Origin: Salpingoeca rosetta
Taxonomy: Eukaryota > Protista > Choanoflagellata
Assembly (NCBI GenBank): GCA_033442325.1
Contig: JAWQFM010000009.1
Coordinates: 450,807 to 514,806 of the forward strand
DNA: 64,000 nucleotides
Direction: 5' to 3'
The translations under genes and the position numbers were made by a program. This document shows positions 15,894 through 28,117 of this stretch, one piece after another. Each line of letters begins with the position of its first letter. Position 1 is the stretch's first letter. The notes under the pieces are model-generated. The model ran no database searches. It saw only the letters and a program-made list of their open reading frames with translations, and was not told the DNA's origin.

Positions 15894-16407
15894 GCAATGC
15901 ACGTGTGTGTGTGTGTTGGATGGTTTCGTTGTGGTTGTTCGTCACAAGCATTGTATCTCTCCCTCTTCTCTTCTTTGTGTGCTACGTAGTTGGTTGGTTT
16001 GGTGTGCGGTTGCATGCATGCGACTGGCTCCACACTTCTTTCGCGGGTTCGGTCGTTATTTGCCCTGTTTGGTTTGTATTCTGGTTAGGACTGTTTGTCT
16101 GTTTGGTAGGCTGTGTACCACCATGCATTTGACATCGCGAATCAACGCGTGAAAGCATCACACAACATGAAAGGATATTGGCACAGGTTGGACGTGGTGC
16201 CGATAGGGGGGGGGGGCGACACACACACACACAAACACACAAACACACAAACAAACACATACACGCACACACACAAACACACAAACAAACACACACACAC
16301 ACACAAACACACAAACAAACAAACACACACATACAACAAAACAAAACCAAGCAACAGGCACATCCAAGCGCAACATCGTCATCTGCAATCTGATGTTCAT
16401 TTGGCGT

Positions 16408-17418
16408 TCAGTGGAAGCCGCGGAGCTGGTGCTCTGGTGTGGTGAGCGGCACATAACGCACGTCAAGCAAGTGGCGCTTTTCAAGTTCGCCATCATCGTT
16501 CTTGTACACCTTGACAAACTCCTGGTAGCCGTGCTCGGGCCCCAGCGGCAGCACCATGGCCCCGCCCACGTTGAGCTGGTCAACCAAGTGCTGCGGCATC
16601 TTCGCTGCAGCCGCGCCAACGTGAATGGCGTCATATGGGCCGAGTTCGGGGTGGCCCTTGAACCCGTCGCCGGCAAACACGTGCACGTGCCCGGCGTCCA
16701 TGCGCTTTGCCATCTCGGGACACTTCTTCAGGTTGCGCTTGGACATTTCCGCAAGCTCTGGGATGTGCTCGACGCCAACAACGACACCCTCCGGTCCCAC
16801 CATGCGGGAGAACGCCTCCACGAGCACGCCAGAGCCGCAGCCAATGTCCAGTACGCGCGCACCGGGCTTGAGCCTGTCGTGAAGACACTCGAGGGCGTAC
16901 GCGTGCATGTGCGGTGCGGAGATGGTGCTGTTGTAGCCAATGTACTGTGGCGCGTCCTCGTATGGGGATTGGTCCTTTGGGACATACAGCCCGCGGTCTG
17001 TGGCGCGAAGGGCGGCCTCAACGTCATCGTGCTTGATGATGCCGCCGTTGCGCAGGTTCGACACGAGCTGCGAGTTGCTTTTGGCGGAGCAGCGCCAGGC
17101 CATGTCGGCAACGCGTCGAAAAGCTTGCGAAAGCGTCTCTTCGGCTTCGTCTGAAGGAGGCAGTGCCACGACTGGGTCGTCCATTGGGGCAGTTGGTTTT
17201 GACGGGGTGTACAGGTCCGTGTGAGGAAGGTGTTGGTGGTGGTGTTGTTGGTGACGGGGTGGAGGTGAGCGGTGTTGTTCTTGTTGTTGGTGGTGGTGTT
17301 GTTCGCGTTGTTGGGTGTCGCGGTGGACAGTGGCACGCGTGCAGGGCGTGGGCACCAGGGGTATCAGCAACAAGGCAAGGACGGTAATAGCCAAACAGCG
17401 GGTGTATCCTCGGTACAT
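16408..17418 (-). CDS. PCMT1: Protein-L-isoaspartate O-methyltransferase (PIMT), intronless; conserved core starts at ATG 17103, in-frame signal-peptide-like extension from ATG 17418
   Basis: MAWRCS, PQYIGYNSTISAPHMHAYALE, SAM motif VLDIGCGSG, GPYDAIHVGAAA, VRYVPLT. Confidence 0.95.
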   Translation of the reverse strand: MYRGYTRCLAITVLALLLIPLVPTPCTRATVHRDTQQREQHHHQQQEQHRSPPPRHQQHHHQHLPHTDLYTPSKPTAPMDDPVVALPPSDEAEETLSQAFRRVADMAWRCSAKSNSQLVSNLRNGGIIKHDDVEAALRATDRGLYVPKDQSPYEDAPQYIGYNSTISAPHMHAYALECLHDRLKPGARVLDIGCGSGVLVEAFSRMVGPEGVVVGVEHIPELAEMSKRNLKKCPEMAKRMDAGHVHVFAGDGFKGHPELGPYDAIHVGAAAAKMPQHLVDQLNVGGAMVLPLGPEHGYQEFVKVYKNDDGELEKRHLLDVRYVPLTTPEHQLRGFH

Positions 17419-17967
17419 GAATGTGTGCGAGAACACGCGGGTGTGTGCGTGTGTGTGTGATGCGTGCGATGGAGAAATGCAGCTAGCACAGACATGAGCC
17501 AGGGAACTTACCAAAGCAAGCGAGCAAGCAAGAAGGTCGCGAGACAGACAGAAAAGTAAGCGCAAGAGGGGTGCTTGGAATCGATCGATCGATCGATCAA
17601 TCAATCAATCGCGCAGTGGTCGCTGGAGTTGCTGCTGGGTGAGGTGGCCTGAGACAAGGGTGATGTCGGTTGCGTGTGCTGTTTAGTGGAGTCACGGAAA
17701 GGAAGGAGCAGAGAGGAAACGTGGAAATGAAGACAGATACACGAGGAAGCAGCAAGAATGGTTCTATGGTGATGGCGGAGTGGTGATGTGATGATGATGC
17801 TGGAGCAACCAGCGAAGCAAGCACGGAGCAAGCAGAGCAAACGGAGCAAAGTAGCAGAACAAGCAAAGCACTAAAGCAAACGGAGCAAGCAAGCGCTGCT
17901 GCAACGATTGCGTTGGATTTGTTTGTGTGTTGCTTCGTGGTGTGTCATCGTTGATGACCCTGCAAAG

Positions 17968-17985
17968 AAAGGCAATTTTGCCTTT
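17968..17985. promoter_or_regulatory. Palindromic element AAAGGCAA-TT-TTGCCTTT in the PCMT1/SIRT1 divergent spacer
   Basis: 8-bp inverted arms seen directly. Related copies at 3960-3973, 17997-18011, 48295-48308 and 48326-48341. Confidence 0.4.
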
Positions 17986-18049
17986 GTCCACAAAAGTAAA
18001 ATTTGCCTTTGTGAGAACGACCAGCAGCGGAAGAAGACGAAGCGACACG

Positions 18050-19525
18050 ATGAGCCACAACAACAACGTGCATGAGGATGGAACGATTGGAGCCAACGTC
18101 GAAGAGCAAGAGATGCAGCAGCAACAGCAACAGCAGGAGCAGCAAGATCGGGAACAGCAGCAGCAAGGAGGAATGGACAGTGATCCGGCTGAAAGTGCAG
18201 ACGGGATTCCACCACCGAAACGGCCTCACATGCGTGAGTCAGTCAGTGGTGTCATCAGCAGTTGTTGTGTCATGCGTGGATGCCGGCTCTGCTTGGTTGT
18301 GCGTTGATTTGGACGTTCAGGTGGTGTGCTTCACTCTGTGCCAGGTTGTGCAGTTCGTTTAGTGCCACTCTGTGTGCTTCCCTCTGTACCAGACTGTGCC
18401 CTTCCCTCACTGTGCAATTCCTCCTGTGCCATCCTCACATGCACACTGCTGTTGCTGTTGCTGTTGCTGTTGGTGCTACTGTTGGTGCTGCTGTTGGTGG
18501 TGGGCAGAGGCTGAAGGAGCACAGGAAGCAGGCTTGAGCAGCGAATGCGAACAGGACCACGGGCCTGAGGGCAACACAGATGCCCTAGATGATGGCAATG
18601 GCCACGTTGTTGGGGACCAGAACGATGACGGCGAGGAACCGGACGAGGAGGAGGAACTGGGCGACGAGGAGGAGGAGGAGGAGGAGGACACCAGGTTGCA
18701 CCCAATTGACGTGGAACGTAAGCAGTCACTCATGCGTACAATTATTGCTGTTGTTGCAGTTGCAGCTGTTGAATGCCGCGGCTGTGGTGGCTGTTGAATG
18801 CTGCTGCTGACTGCAGCGCAGGCTCTCATGTTCACTTTGGTTTGAATGCAACGAAATTGTTCCCTACCAGTGATGAACAAGTGGTTCGTGCGCTATCGCC
18901 AGCGCGGCGGTACTGCAGACCGCATCATCGAGTACCTCAAGATGAGCTTCGCCTTTGAGGTTCCTCAAACAGAAGACGAGAAGTGGCAGCTCATCGCCCA
19001 CGTTGCTGCTACCATCCTTGGTATTAATGTGTGTGGGTGTGTGGGTTTATGTGTGTTTGTGTGTGTGCATTTATGTGTGTACGATTGTATCCACGTTTGT
19101 GCGTGATTGTGTGTGTATGCGTGTGCGCGTGCGTTTGTGTATTTGCGTGTGTGTGCGTGATTGTGTGTATGCGTGTGCGCGTGCGTTTGTATCCCCGTGT
19201 GTATGTGTGTGTGTGTGTGTGTGTGTGCTGCCCTCACGTCGCAGTCGTGTATTCGTTGCTGTCCGCATGTCTTCATCATGGGCACAGGCAATCGCCTTCC
19301 GCGTCGCATCTCGTATCTGACGGTGGAGGAGCTGCTGAAGATGTCTGAGCGGATTGTCGTTATCGTCGGCGCTGGCGTAAGTGGCATTCAACCGCGCAAA
19401 CAACCGCACGCGATGCACTCACCCGACCACAAATGCATGCACAGACAGGCAGACAGACAGCAGACAGACAGACAGACAGACAGACAGCAGACACACACAC
19501 ACACACATAGACACACACACACATA

Positions 19526-19582
<57 letters not shown>

Positions 19583-22132
19583 CTCACCAGGACCACCACT
19601 TCTACTGTGACGTGATGATATCAGGTGTCGACATCGAGCGGAATTCCGGACTTTCGGTCCGAGAAGACCGGCCTGTACGCCCGCCTGAAGAAGGAGTACC
19701 CAACACTCCCGCGCCCAGAGGTGCCCGTTGTGCATGATGCTGCTGTGTGTGTACGTGTGCTGGCATGCTTGTGGAAAGTGTGTAGTTGTGATACCTTCTC
19801 TTCGCATGTCCTTGTCTCCTCCCTTGCCAGTTCACAACTACCTTCTCCTTCCAATCTCACCACCCACCACTTCGCCACGACCCCGCCTTGCGCACATGCA
19901 GTCGATGTTTGACATGGACTACTTCCTCTACGACCCGTATCCGTTCTTTGAGTTTGCACGGGAGCTGTTCCCAGGCAACTTCCAGCCCACCCCGAGCCAC
20001 CACTTCATCCATAGGCTCGAGGCTGCCGGCAAGCTGCAGAGGTGCGCGGTAGTGATGGTGACGAGAGGGGCGCTGTGTTTGTAAGCGCGCGCGTGCGTGT
20101 GTGTATATGTGTGTATATGTGTGTATATGTGTGTATGTGTGTGTATGTGTGTGTGTATGTGTGTGTATGTGTGTGCGCGCGCGCGCGAATGAGTGCTTGG
20201 ACAGGACGATGCTTGAATAACCGAACAGTCACACCTCCCCGATGGTTCGTCCGTTGTCCACCGCCGCCACCACCACCATCATCACCAGGTGCTATACGCA
20301 GAACATCGACACGCTGGAGACCGCTGTTGGCATCAAGCGCCTCCTGCAGTGCCACGGGTCGTTCGCCACAGCGTCGTGCATTGTCTGCGGCCATAAAGTC
20401 GACGGCGAACACATCCGCAGCGCCGTCTTTGCTGGGGTAAGGTGCCATGGTCATGTGATGGTGGTGGTGGCAATGTGACGATGTGGTGGTGGCAATGTGA
20501 CGATGTGGTGGTGGTGGTGGTGGTGGTGAATACATGCGTGGGGTGCGTGTGTGTTTGACCTTTCGTTCACAGGCGTCACTGTTTGCACCTCACTGTCAAC
20601 CCCCAACTCCATCTCCCCCACCACCGCTACATCTGCGCAGGAGATACCGCTGTGTCCCGTGTGCCCGCCGCCCAGCCGGCCCCTTCGCGAAATAGTGGAC
20701 GAAACATCCAAATTCCTCAATCTGAAGCACAGACAGTACATGGTTACGTCAGGGAGCAGCAGCGGCGACGATGACAGCGAAGATGGCAGCGATGATGACG
20801 GTGATGTTGTCAGTGAAGAAGGGACAGGGAGCACACCAACAACAGGTGCCGGCGTGACTGCGAGTGGAGGTGGAGGTGGAGGTGGTGATGGGAGTGGCAG
20901 CACGGCAGTGATGCAAACGCAGGAGGGAGGCGGCAGTGTGGTGGATGCGGCGCCGGCCAACGCTGGTGCCGTTTTGCAACAGGCAGTTGGTGGCGACAGG
21001 AGAGAACAGCAGCAGCAACATCAGCAGCAAGGGGTGCCGCAACAAGAGCAGCAACAACACCAACAGGCACAAGAACAACAGCAAGAACAGCCACAGCAAT
21101 CCTCCGCTGCCACTGCAACCACTGCAACCACTGCAACGGCACCACTGAACAACAGTGTGCATGCGCACCGCCAAGGCATGGACAGTATTTCGTTGTCGAT
21201 GCCGCCCTTTTCGAATCTGCGCGACAGGCGCGTCCCCATTCTCAAACCGGACATTGTGTTCTTTCACGAAGGGCTACCCTCCACGTTTTACGACAATCTG
21301 GAGCCGGATCTAAACGCCTGCGACCTCATCCTCGTCATGGGATCATCCCTCCAGGTTTGTTTCGTTGTGTTCGTGTGTTCGTGTGCTTGTGTGCTTGTGT
21401 GCTTGTGTGCTTGCGTCGCTGTGTGAGTGTGCTGTGCAGGTGAGCCTTCTGCAATGGCAACCTGCGACAGCCTCACCCCTCCCCCCTCCCGAATCTTTCC
21501 ACGGACGTCGACCAGGTTGGCCCCGTGAACATGCTGCCGAAGGTGTTTGACGGACCAAAACTACTCATGAACCGCGAGCCCGTACACACGCACGAGTTCA
21601 CGGCGGAGTTGCTTGGCAACTGCGACGACGTGTGCCGGCAGCTGGCGCTGTGCATGGGACTTGGCGACTTGCCACCCGGTCCACGGGACAGCATCGATGG
21701 CGTTGATGGTGATGGTGATGGTGCTGGTGATGGTGCTGGTGCTGGTGCTGGTGATGGTGATGGTGATGGTGATGGTGATGGTGATGGTGATGGTGATGGG
21801 AGTGTGGATGGTGGAGTGAAGGAGGGGGAGACAAAGAAGGAAGAGGAAAAGCAGAAGGAGGAGAAGAAGGGGGATGGGAAAGCGCAAGATGGCGTGCGGA
21901 ACGACAGTGAAAACCGTGATGATGATGATGATGGCGATGATGGCAATGATGATGAGGATGACGAGGACGAGGTGACGTCCATGGTTCGCGAGTTTGCGCT
22001 TCGCAGCGAACCGGCTCTCAACTCCACCGGCGCCGCCATCGCCCACCACCACCCGCACAGGTGTGCGCCTGCTGTGACAATACTTGTGTTTCCGTGTGTG
22101 TTTGCTGTGTGTGTGTGTGTGTGTGTGTTTGC

Positions 22133-22164
<32 letters not shown>

Positions 22165-22189
22165 GTGTGTGTGTGTGTGTGTGTGTTTG

Positions 22190-22286
<97 letters not shown>

Positions 22287-22537
22287 AAGCGACGTGTGAG
22301 CGAATGTGTTTCATCCAGCCCTCCTTTTTCAACTTCCCATCACCTCACCTCCCTTCCGTCCCCCCTCTTCCCATATTCCACTTCAGGTTTGTGTTCTCGC
22401 CCCTGTGTCGTCGGTTTCTCCCTGCCGCCGCCCGCCGCGACTTCCTCCCGTTTCCAATCATGCGTACAGACGCGTGGCTCAGGCAGCCAACACCGACAGC
22501 GACAACAGCAGCAGCCAGCAAAGCCAACGATAGCTGA
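18050..22537 (+). CDS. SIRT1: NAD-dependent deacetylase, class Ia sirtuin (Sir2/SIRT1-like), multi-exon
   Basis: [116 protein letters not shown]. The terminal exon is inferred. Confidence 0.92.
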
Positions 22538-22766
22538 GAAAGGGGGAATGAAGACGGGTGCAATCCACTCGCTCTCTTGCTCTCATGCTCGCACACACAC
22601 AGACACACACACACAGACACACACACAGACACACACACACACAGGCAAGACACAGACGCTCGTAGAGCATGCTTCTCTTTGTGTCGGGAATGCGCTGTTT
22701 GCTGCGAGGTTGTGTCGGTTGTATTGTTTGTATTCAGTTACACGAAGCAATTACACATGCCAACAT

Positions 22767-22810
<44 letters not shown>

Positions 22811-22862
22811 CAAACGCAAGAGACAGTGGGTGATCGGAGAAGGGGCAGAGATATCTGTACGC

Positions 22863-23773
22863 TCAGTTGTCTGGCAAGCACTGCAGTTGCAAAGAAAAAA
22901 GGCAAGGCCGTGAGCACACATGTCGACGCACACAGATGCACAATGGGGACGGGGGGGTTGAGACGAGCAGGACGAGCAGGCATAAGGGAAGAGGAATGCA
23001 AGCAAACCAAACAAGCACCACAGGCAGACAGACAAACAGACAGGCAGACAGAGAGGCAGGCAGGCAGGTAGGCAGGCGGACGATGCAGCACACTAACGAG
23101 ATATTCGATAAAGACGGATTGGACGTCTGTCTCCACAAGAAACTGCATGGACAATATGCCTTCCTCGTTGATCCGCACCTGAAGCGATCATAATGGTGGT
23201 GGTGGTGGCGGGCATGAGGAAGGGTGTGTTTGTGCACGTGAACAGGTTCAAGGTTTTGCACGTGAGCAAGTGCTGAGCGAGTGGCGTGACTGTTGTTCCC
23301 AACGACACACACGCAACAACGACAATGACCCAGCACGCACCGAGACTTGCGACGCGAGGGCGAGCGCCTTCTCTGACGGTTTCAACAACTTCAGCTTGTA
23401 GCTGAAACAACCACGTAATGCACACGCACACGCACACGCACACGTGTGACGATGGTGCAGTCGTGGTGTGAGGGGAGCACGCGGGATTGCCTGACACCCA
23501 TAGCCATCACACACACACACACAAACACACACACACAGACACACACACACACCCATAAACACACGTACTTGAACTTGAGGGGCTTGTCGCACTGGAAGGA
23601 TTCGACTTTGTCTGATGTCTTTGGGCAGTCAATCTGTTCCATGCAGTGTTGATGCGTTGGGGGGAGGGTGTTGGAGAGTGAAGCAGTGAAGGTGGTCGGT
23701 GAATGGGCAGTGCACACACAGACATACAGACACAGATACACAGACACACGGACACAGACACAGACACAGACAC

Positions 23774-23810
<37 letters not shown>

Positions 23811-24065
23811 CACACACACACACACCTGGCTTGTGCCCGCGGTTCCAAAGGTGCTGAGACGAAAGTGCGGGGCGGTGGGGGCGACGTAGAACTCAATGAC
23901 GGTGCTGGTCGTGTCGAGCTCTGAGAACACCTCTGCCAACCAATCGCTCTGATCCACGAGGCAATGAGGCAATGGGGCAATGGGAGGAGTCGATAGCATA
24001 TGATGAAAAGCATACACACGTAACAAAGAGCCGCTGTTGGAACGTCACCCAAAGGCAGCAGTGCT

Positions 24066-24100
<35 letters not shown>

Positions 24101-24846
24101 CTTCATGATGACATTTGTGGGGATGGCTGCTGTTCGCATGTCAATAGAGGCAAACTCATCTGCTTCCTGGGTTCGAATGCTGCAGTCTGTCACCACCCCA
24201 TGTTCCTCCAACCTGACACACAAGCACAAGAAGCAAGTGCAAGCAAGAGGTGAGAGAGGGGAACGCTGAGTGGGCATGCATCGGTGCATTCATTGGCATA
24301 CCACGAGATGAGGTGATGCAACTCACAGGAGGTTGAGACAGCTGCCATATCCTGCGTAAGAGAGCCGCAACGCCACGCCGTCCCCTTGGCCAAAGATGCT
24401 CAGGCACTCCTGCATCCCGTGTGAGTTGGTGGGTGAGTGAGTTGGTGGGTGAGTGAATGGGGGAATGAGTGAATGTTGAGTGGGTGAATAGTTGAATGGT
24501 GGGTTTGCGAGAGTATTGAGTGAAGGCGGCAATTGGCAGTCGTGTGCGCGCGTGATGGGAGTGTGTCGTGCTTGTTGGCGATGAATGGCTCCAAGGTATC
24601 ATCGATATCATCTCACGACGCACCAAGAGTACGCTGAGGTTGACTTTAAATTCGGCCACGTCCATGTCCTCTTCTTCTGGTGTGAACCTGGGGGAGGGAA
24701 AGAGGATCGGCTGGCATGAGAAAACCACAGCCACAAAGGTGGAAAGGTGCAGCTACACACGGTTGCAAAGAGGGCTGGCGGGGGAGGGGGGAGGGGAAGA
24801 GCAATGGATGGTCCCAGTTTTTGCACACACACACACAGACACAAAC

Positions 24847-24886
<40 letters not shown>

Positions 24887-25322
24887 GATGTGTGTGTGTG
24901 CTTGCCTGTAGTCTGAGAAGAGGTCCTTGTGGAGAAAAGCGCGCGCTTGCACCGTCTTGGCTTGTTCACACGCAAACTTGATGCCTGCGCCCAAGATGGT
25001 GCAGGTGGCCTCGTGCGTAAACGCAATCGCCTTGAGCAATTTCGCTGCACAGCCAGCATCAAGGCGCATGGCGGGGGGGGGGGGGTGAGAGAGGTGAAGA
25101 CAGGAGCGCGTCAAAGGTATCCACACGTCACAGCACACAGCGACAACACATTCACTCACACATAATCGCATCCACACACATCCACACACATCCACACACA
25201 TCCACACACATCCACACACACATTCACTCACTCATGAGCTTGGCGTCCTCCAGCCGTGCCTGCAGCAGCATGGGAGCCTGCGACTCCCCGACACTGCTCT
25301 GCATCGACATGGACATGGACAT
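22863..25322 (-). CDS. RAD1: Checkpoint clamp subunit RAD1 (9-1-1 complex), ~10 exons
   Basis: LQARLEDAK, LLKAIAF..ATC..GIKF..EQAKTVQARAFL..LFSDY, FKVNLSVLLECLSIFG, LRLSYAGYG, LEEHGVVTDCSIRTQE, SDWLAEVFSELD, FRLSTFGTAG, YKLKLLKPSEKAL, RINEEGILSMQFL, FIEYLCLPDN*. Confidence 0.9.
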
Positions 25323-25668
25323 GATGACTGCTGTATGGGGTGCTGTGCTGTTGTGGTGGAGTTAGTGGTGGTTGTCCTTCCTCTTCCCGTCGTTTGCTGC
25401 TCTTCGTGTTTTTCGCGCCGTCTGCACTCTTGTTTCACGTTCAGACGTGTTTTGGCGACAACGTCATTTGGGTAAATGTTCCTTGAAGTTTCTACAACCA
25501 ATACCGCCACGAACGACCGAACGCTGAGGAAAGGGAAACCAAGCAAGGAAAGGGAAACCAAGCAAGGAAACCAAACCACAGTGCAGACAACATCAACTCG
25601 CATTCACCAAGGAAGCGAGCGAGGGGCAAGCAAGCAGGGAGAGCGTGCTTTGGCTTCTTGTGGGCAGG

Positions 25669-26416
25669 ATGGGAAGGCCAAACGCGAGGCTTGGCGTGGG
25701 TGCGTTGGTGGCGGTCAAGGCCAAGAGCCTAAAGCCGGAAGCATGGGTGCGCCCACTGCTTGGGGACAGCTATGACACGGCCATTGTCAACGACCTGGAG
25801 GTGATTGGGCTGGAGGAAACCATCAACCTCACGGGCAAGCGCAAGGCCAAGAACAAGATGCGCTCCGAGCACGGCATCGTCTTCATCCCTTACGTTCGCA
25901 TGCGCTGGCGCTCGCACCCCGAAATCGTCTCTGTGTACGCCGTGCCAGGCCAGATCAAGGTGCTCCAGCTTGGCCCACCAGAGCACATGTTCCTCTTCCA
26001 GCACATGGTGACAGGGAGCGGTGGCTCGTCTCGGGCCCCAAACATCTTCCACCACCTGGCCGTCTCAACCCCTTCCCCGCAGAGGTCCAGGACCAACGAC
26101 CGCCCTTCAGCGCCCTTCACGCCAGCCGCAGCAACCCCAGCAGCATCATCAACCGGAACCACACCCGCAGGTGCCTCTCTGCCGGGAGCCATGGTGCCCA
26201 CACCTGCTCGCCCACAGCCGTCTCCACAGCATCTGCAGCAGCAATGGGTGACCTCCCTGACCAACAATGGTCGCATACCACAGGAGCAGCAACAAGAACA
26301 ACAACAACAACAGCAACAACAACAACAACAACAACAGCAACAACAACAACAACAACAACAACAACACGAACAACAACAACAACAACAACAACAACACGAA
26401 CAACAACAACAACAGC

Positions 26417-26468
<52 letters not shown>

Positions 26469-27006
26469 GCAGCAAGAACAAGAACAACAACAACAACAGC
26501 AAGAACAAGAACCAGAAGCGTTGCCTGCTCCACAAGCTGCGCAGCTGGAGGAAGTAGCACAGGCGACAACTGGCAATGCGCTGCCCTCTCCTGAACGTTC
26601 GTCGTCTTCATCCTCGACGTCGTCAAGCGAGCGTCAAGCAATCAGCGGCAGCACTGGCAACATTATTGACCCCAGTGCGCCAGCGTCAACGCAGAAAGCA
26701 GGCGTAGAGCAAGAAGTCGTGGTGGCCCTTCCACAGGCGAGCGCACAACAGGCCCACATGACCCCTGCTGTGGCAACAGGTGCCACCACCACCACCGCCA
26801 CCATGGGCGGCGGTCACCAACAAGAGGCGGCAATCGACAGGCAACAACAACAGCAAGCGGCTGCGGTAGCTGGTGGTAGCGAGGGCATTGCTATCACAAA
26901 CACAGAACAGCAATCACAAAGCACAGGTGACGACGACGGGGGTGACTTGGCTGCGAAGCGTGCCAAGGTGATGGACACCCAAGCTACAACGAACACCACG
27001 ACATAG
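25669..27006 (+). CDS. Intronless hypothetical protein: ~110-aa globular N-terminal domain followed by Pro/Ser/Thr-rich and long poly-Q regions
   Basis: ORF 25645-27006, ATG at 25669. The N-terminal part has coding-like GC3 bias (RLGVGALVAVKAKSLKP...IKVLQLGPPEHMF). The C-terminus has an NLS-like AAKRAKV. Confidence 0.7.
26290..26505 (+). repeat. (CAA)n-dominated trinucleotide repeat encoding poly-Q
   Basis: Seen directly, in frame within the ORF at 25669-27006. Confidence 0.95.
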
Positions 27007-27225
27007 GGGTGGCGAGAGAACACAACGCTGGTGACGACACCAACTGCAACAGCAACAGCAACAGAAATTGAGCCCAACTTGTTGATATGTCTCTGACACG
27101 ACGCTGCTTCAGCGTTGATTGCATTTTCCCCTCTTGCTTCCTTTCTCTTTCTCCTCTGTTCTTCCCCTCCTTGCTCGACATTGACCGGGCGAGGGTCGGC
27201 AATAATCGATACAGTATGTGTTCTG

Positions 27226-27276
<51 letters not shown>

Positions 27277-27606
27277 TGTGCGTGTGTGTGTGTGTGTGCG
27301 TGTCTCTGTGTGTGTGTGTGTGTTGTCAGGCTATTGTGATGGCATGCGTTGCATCGGATGTTGATTCAAGCGTTTGTGTTGTCAAAGTAAACCCAAACAT
27401 GACACGATCAAACATAGCCAGCGAGAACATGCACACACCCACGCACACACGCACACGCACACGCACACACGCACACGCACACGCACACACACCCACACAC
27501 CCACCCACACGCACGCACGCACGCACACACGCACGCACGCACGCACGCGCACACACGCACGCACGCACAAATGCTAAACAGCACCAGGACACAACCAACA
27601 TCATTA

Positions 27607-27976
27607 TCACACGATGGCATCATACATTGGCGCAGCAAACTGCTGCTGCTGCTGCTGTTGTTGTTGTTGTGGGTTGAAGGCGGAGGCAAATGATGATGAC
27701 GACGATGATGACACATCGACGCGCTGGCGGGGGCGGTGGTATGTGATGCCAAGCTCCTCACACGCTTCCTGTGCAAGGGGAAAGACGAAACAGGTGTTGT
27801 GAGAGATGGGGTGAAGGGTTGACGGTAGATACCACCACATGGAAGGCAAAACAAAAACGACACACAGACGCAGACACATTACGACAGACGGACACACAGA
27901 CACAACAAACAAACAAACAAACAAACAAACAAACAAACAAACACACAAACAAAGAAACAAAGAAACAAAGAAACAA

Positions 27977-28037
<61 letters not shown>

Positions 28038-28058
28038 GCACAAACACACAAGCACACA

Positions 28059-28117
<59 letters not shown>

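Noticed and set aside
25300-25322. Tandem ATGs (MSMSMSM) at the RAD1 start
   Set aside because: A hexamer slippage repeat. It only makes the true start ambiguous.
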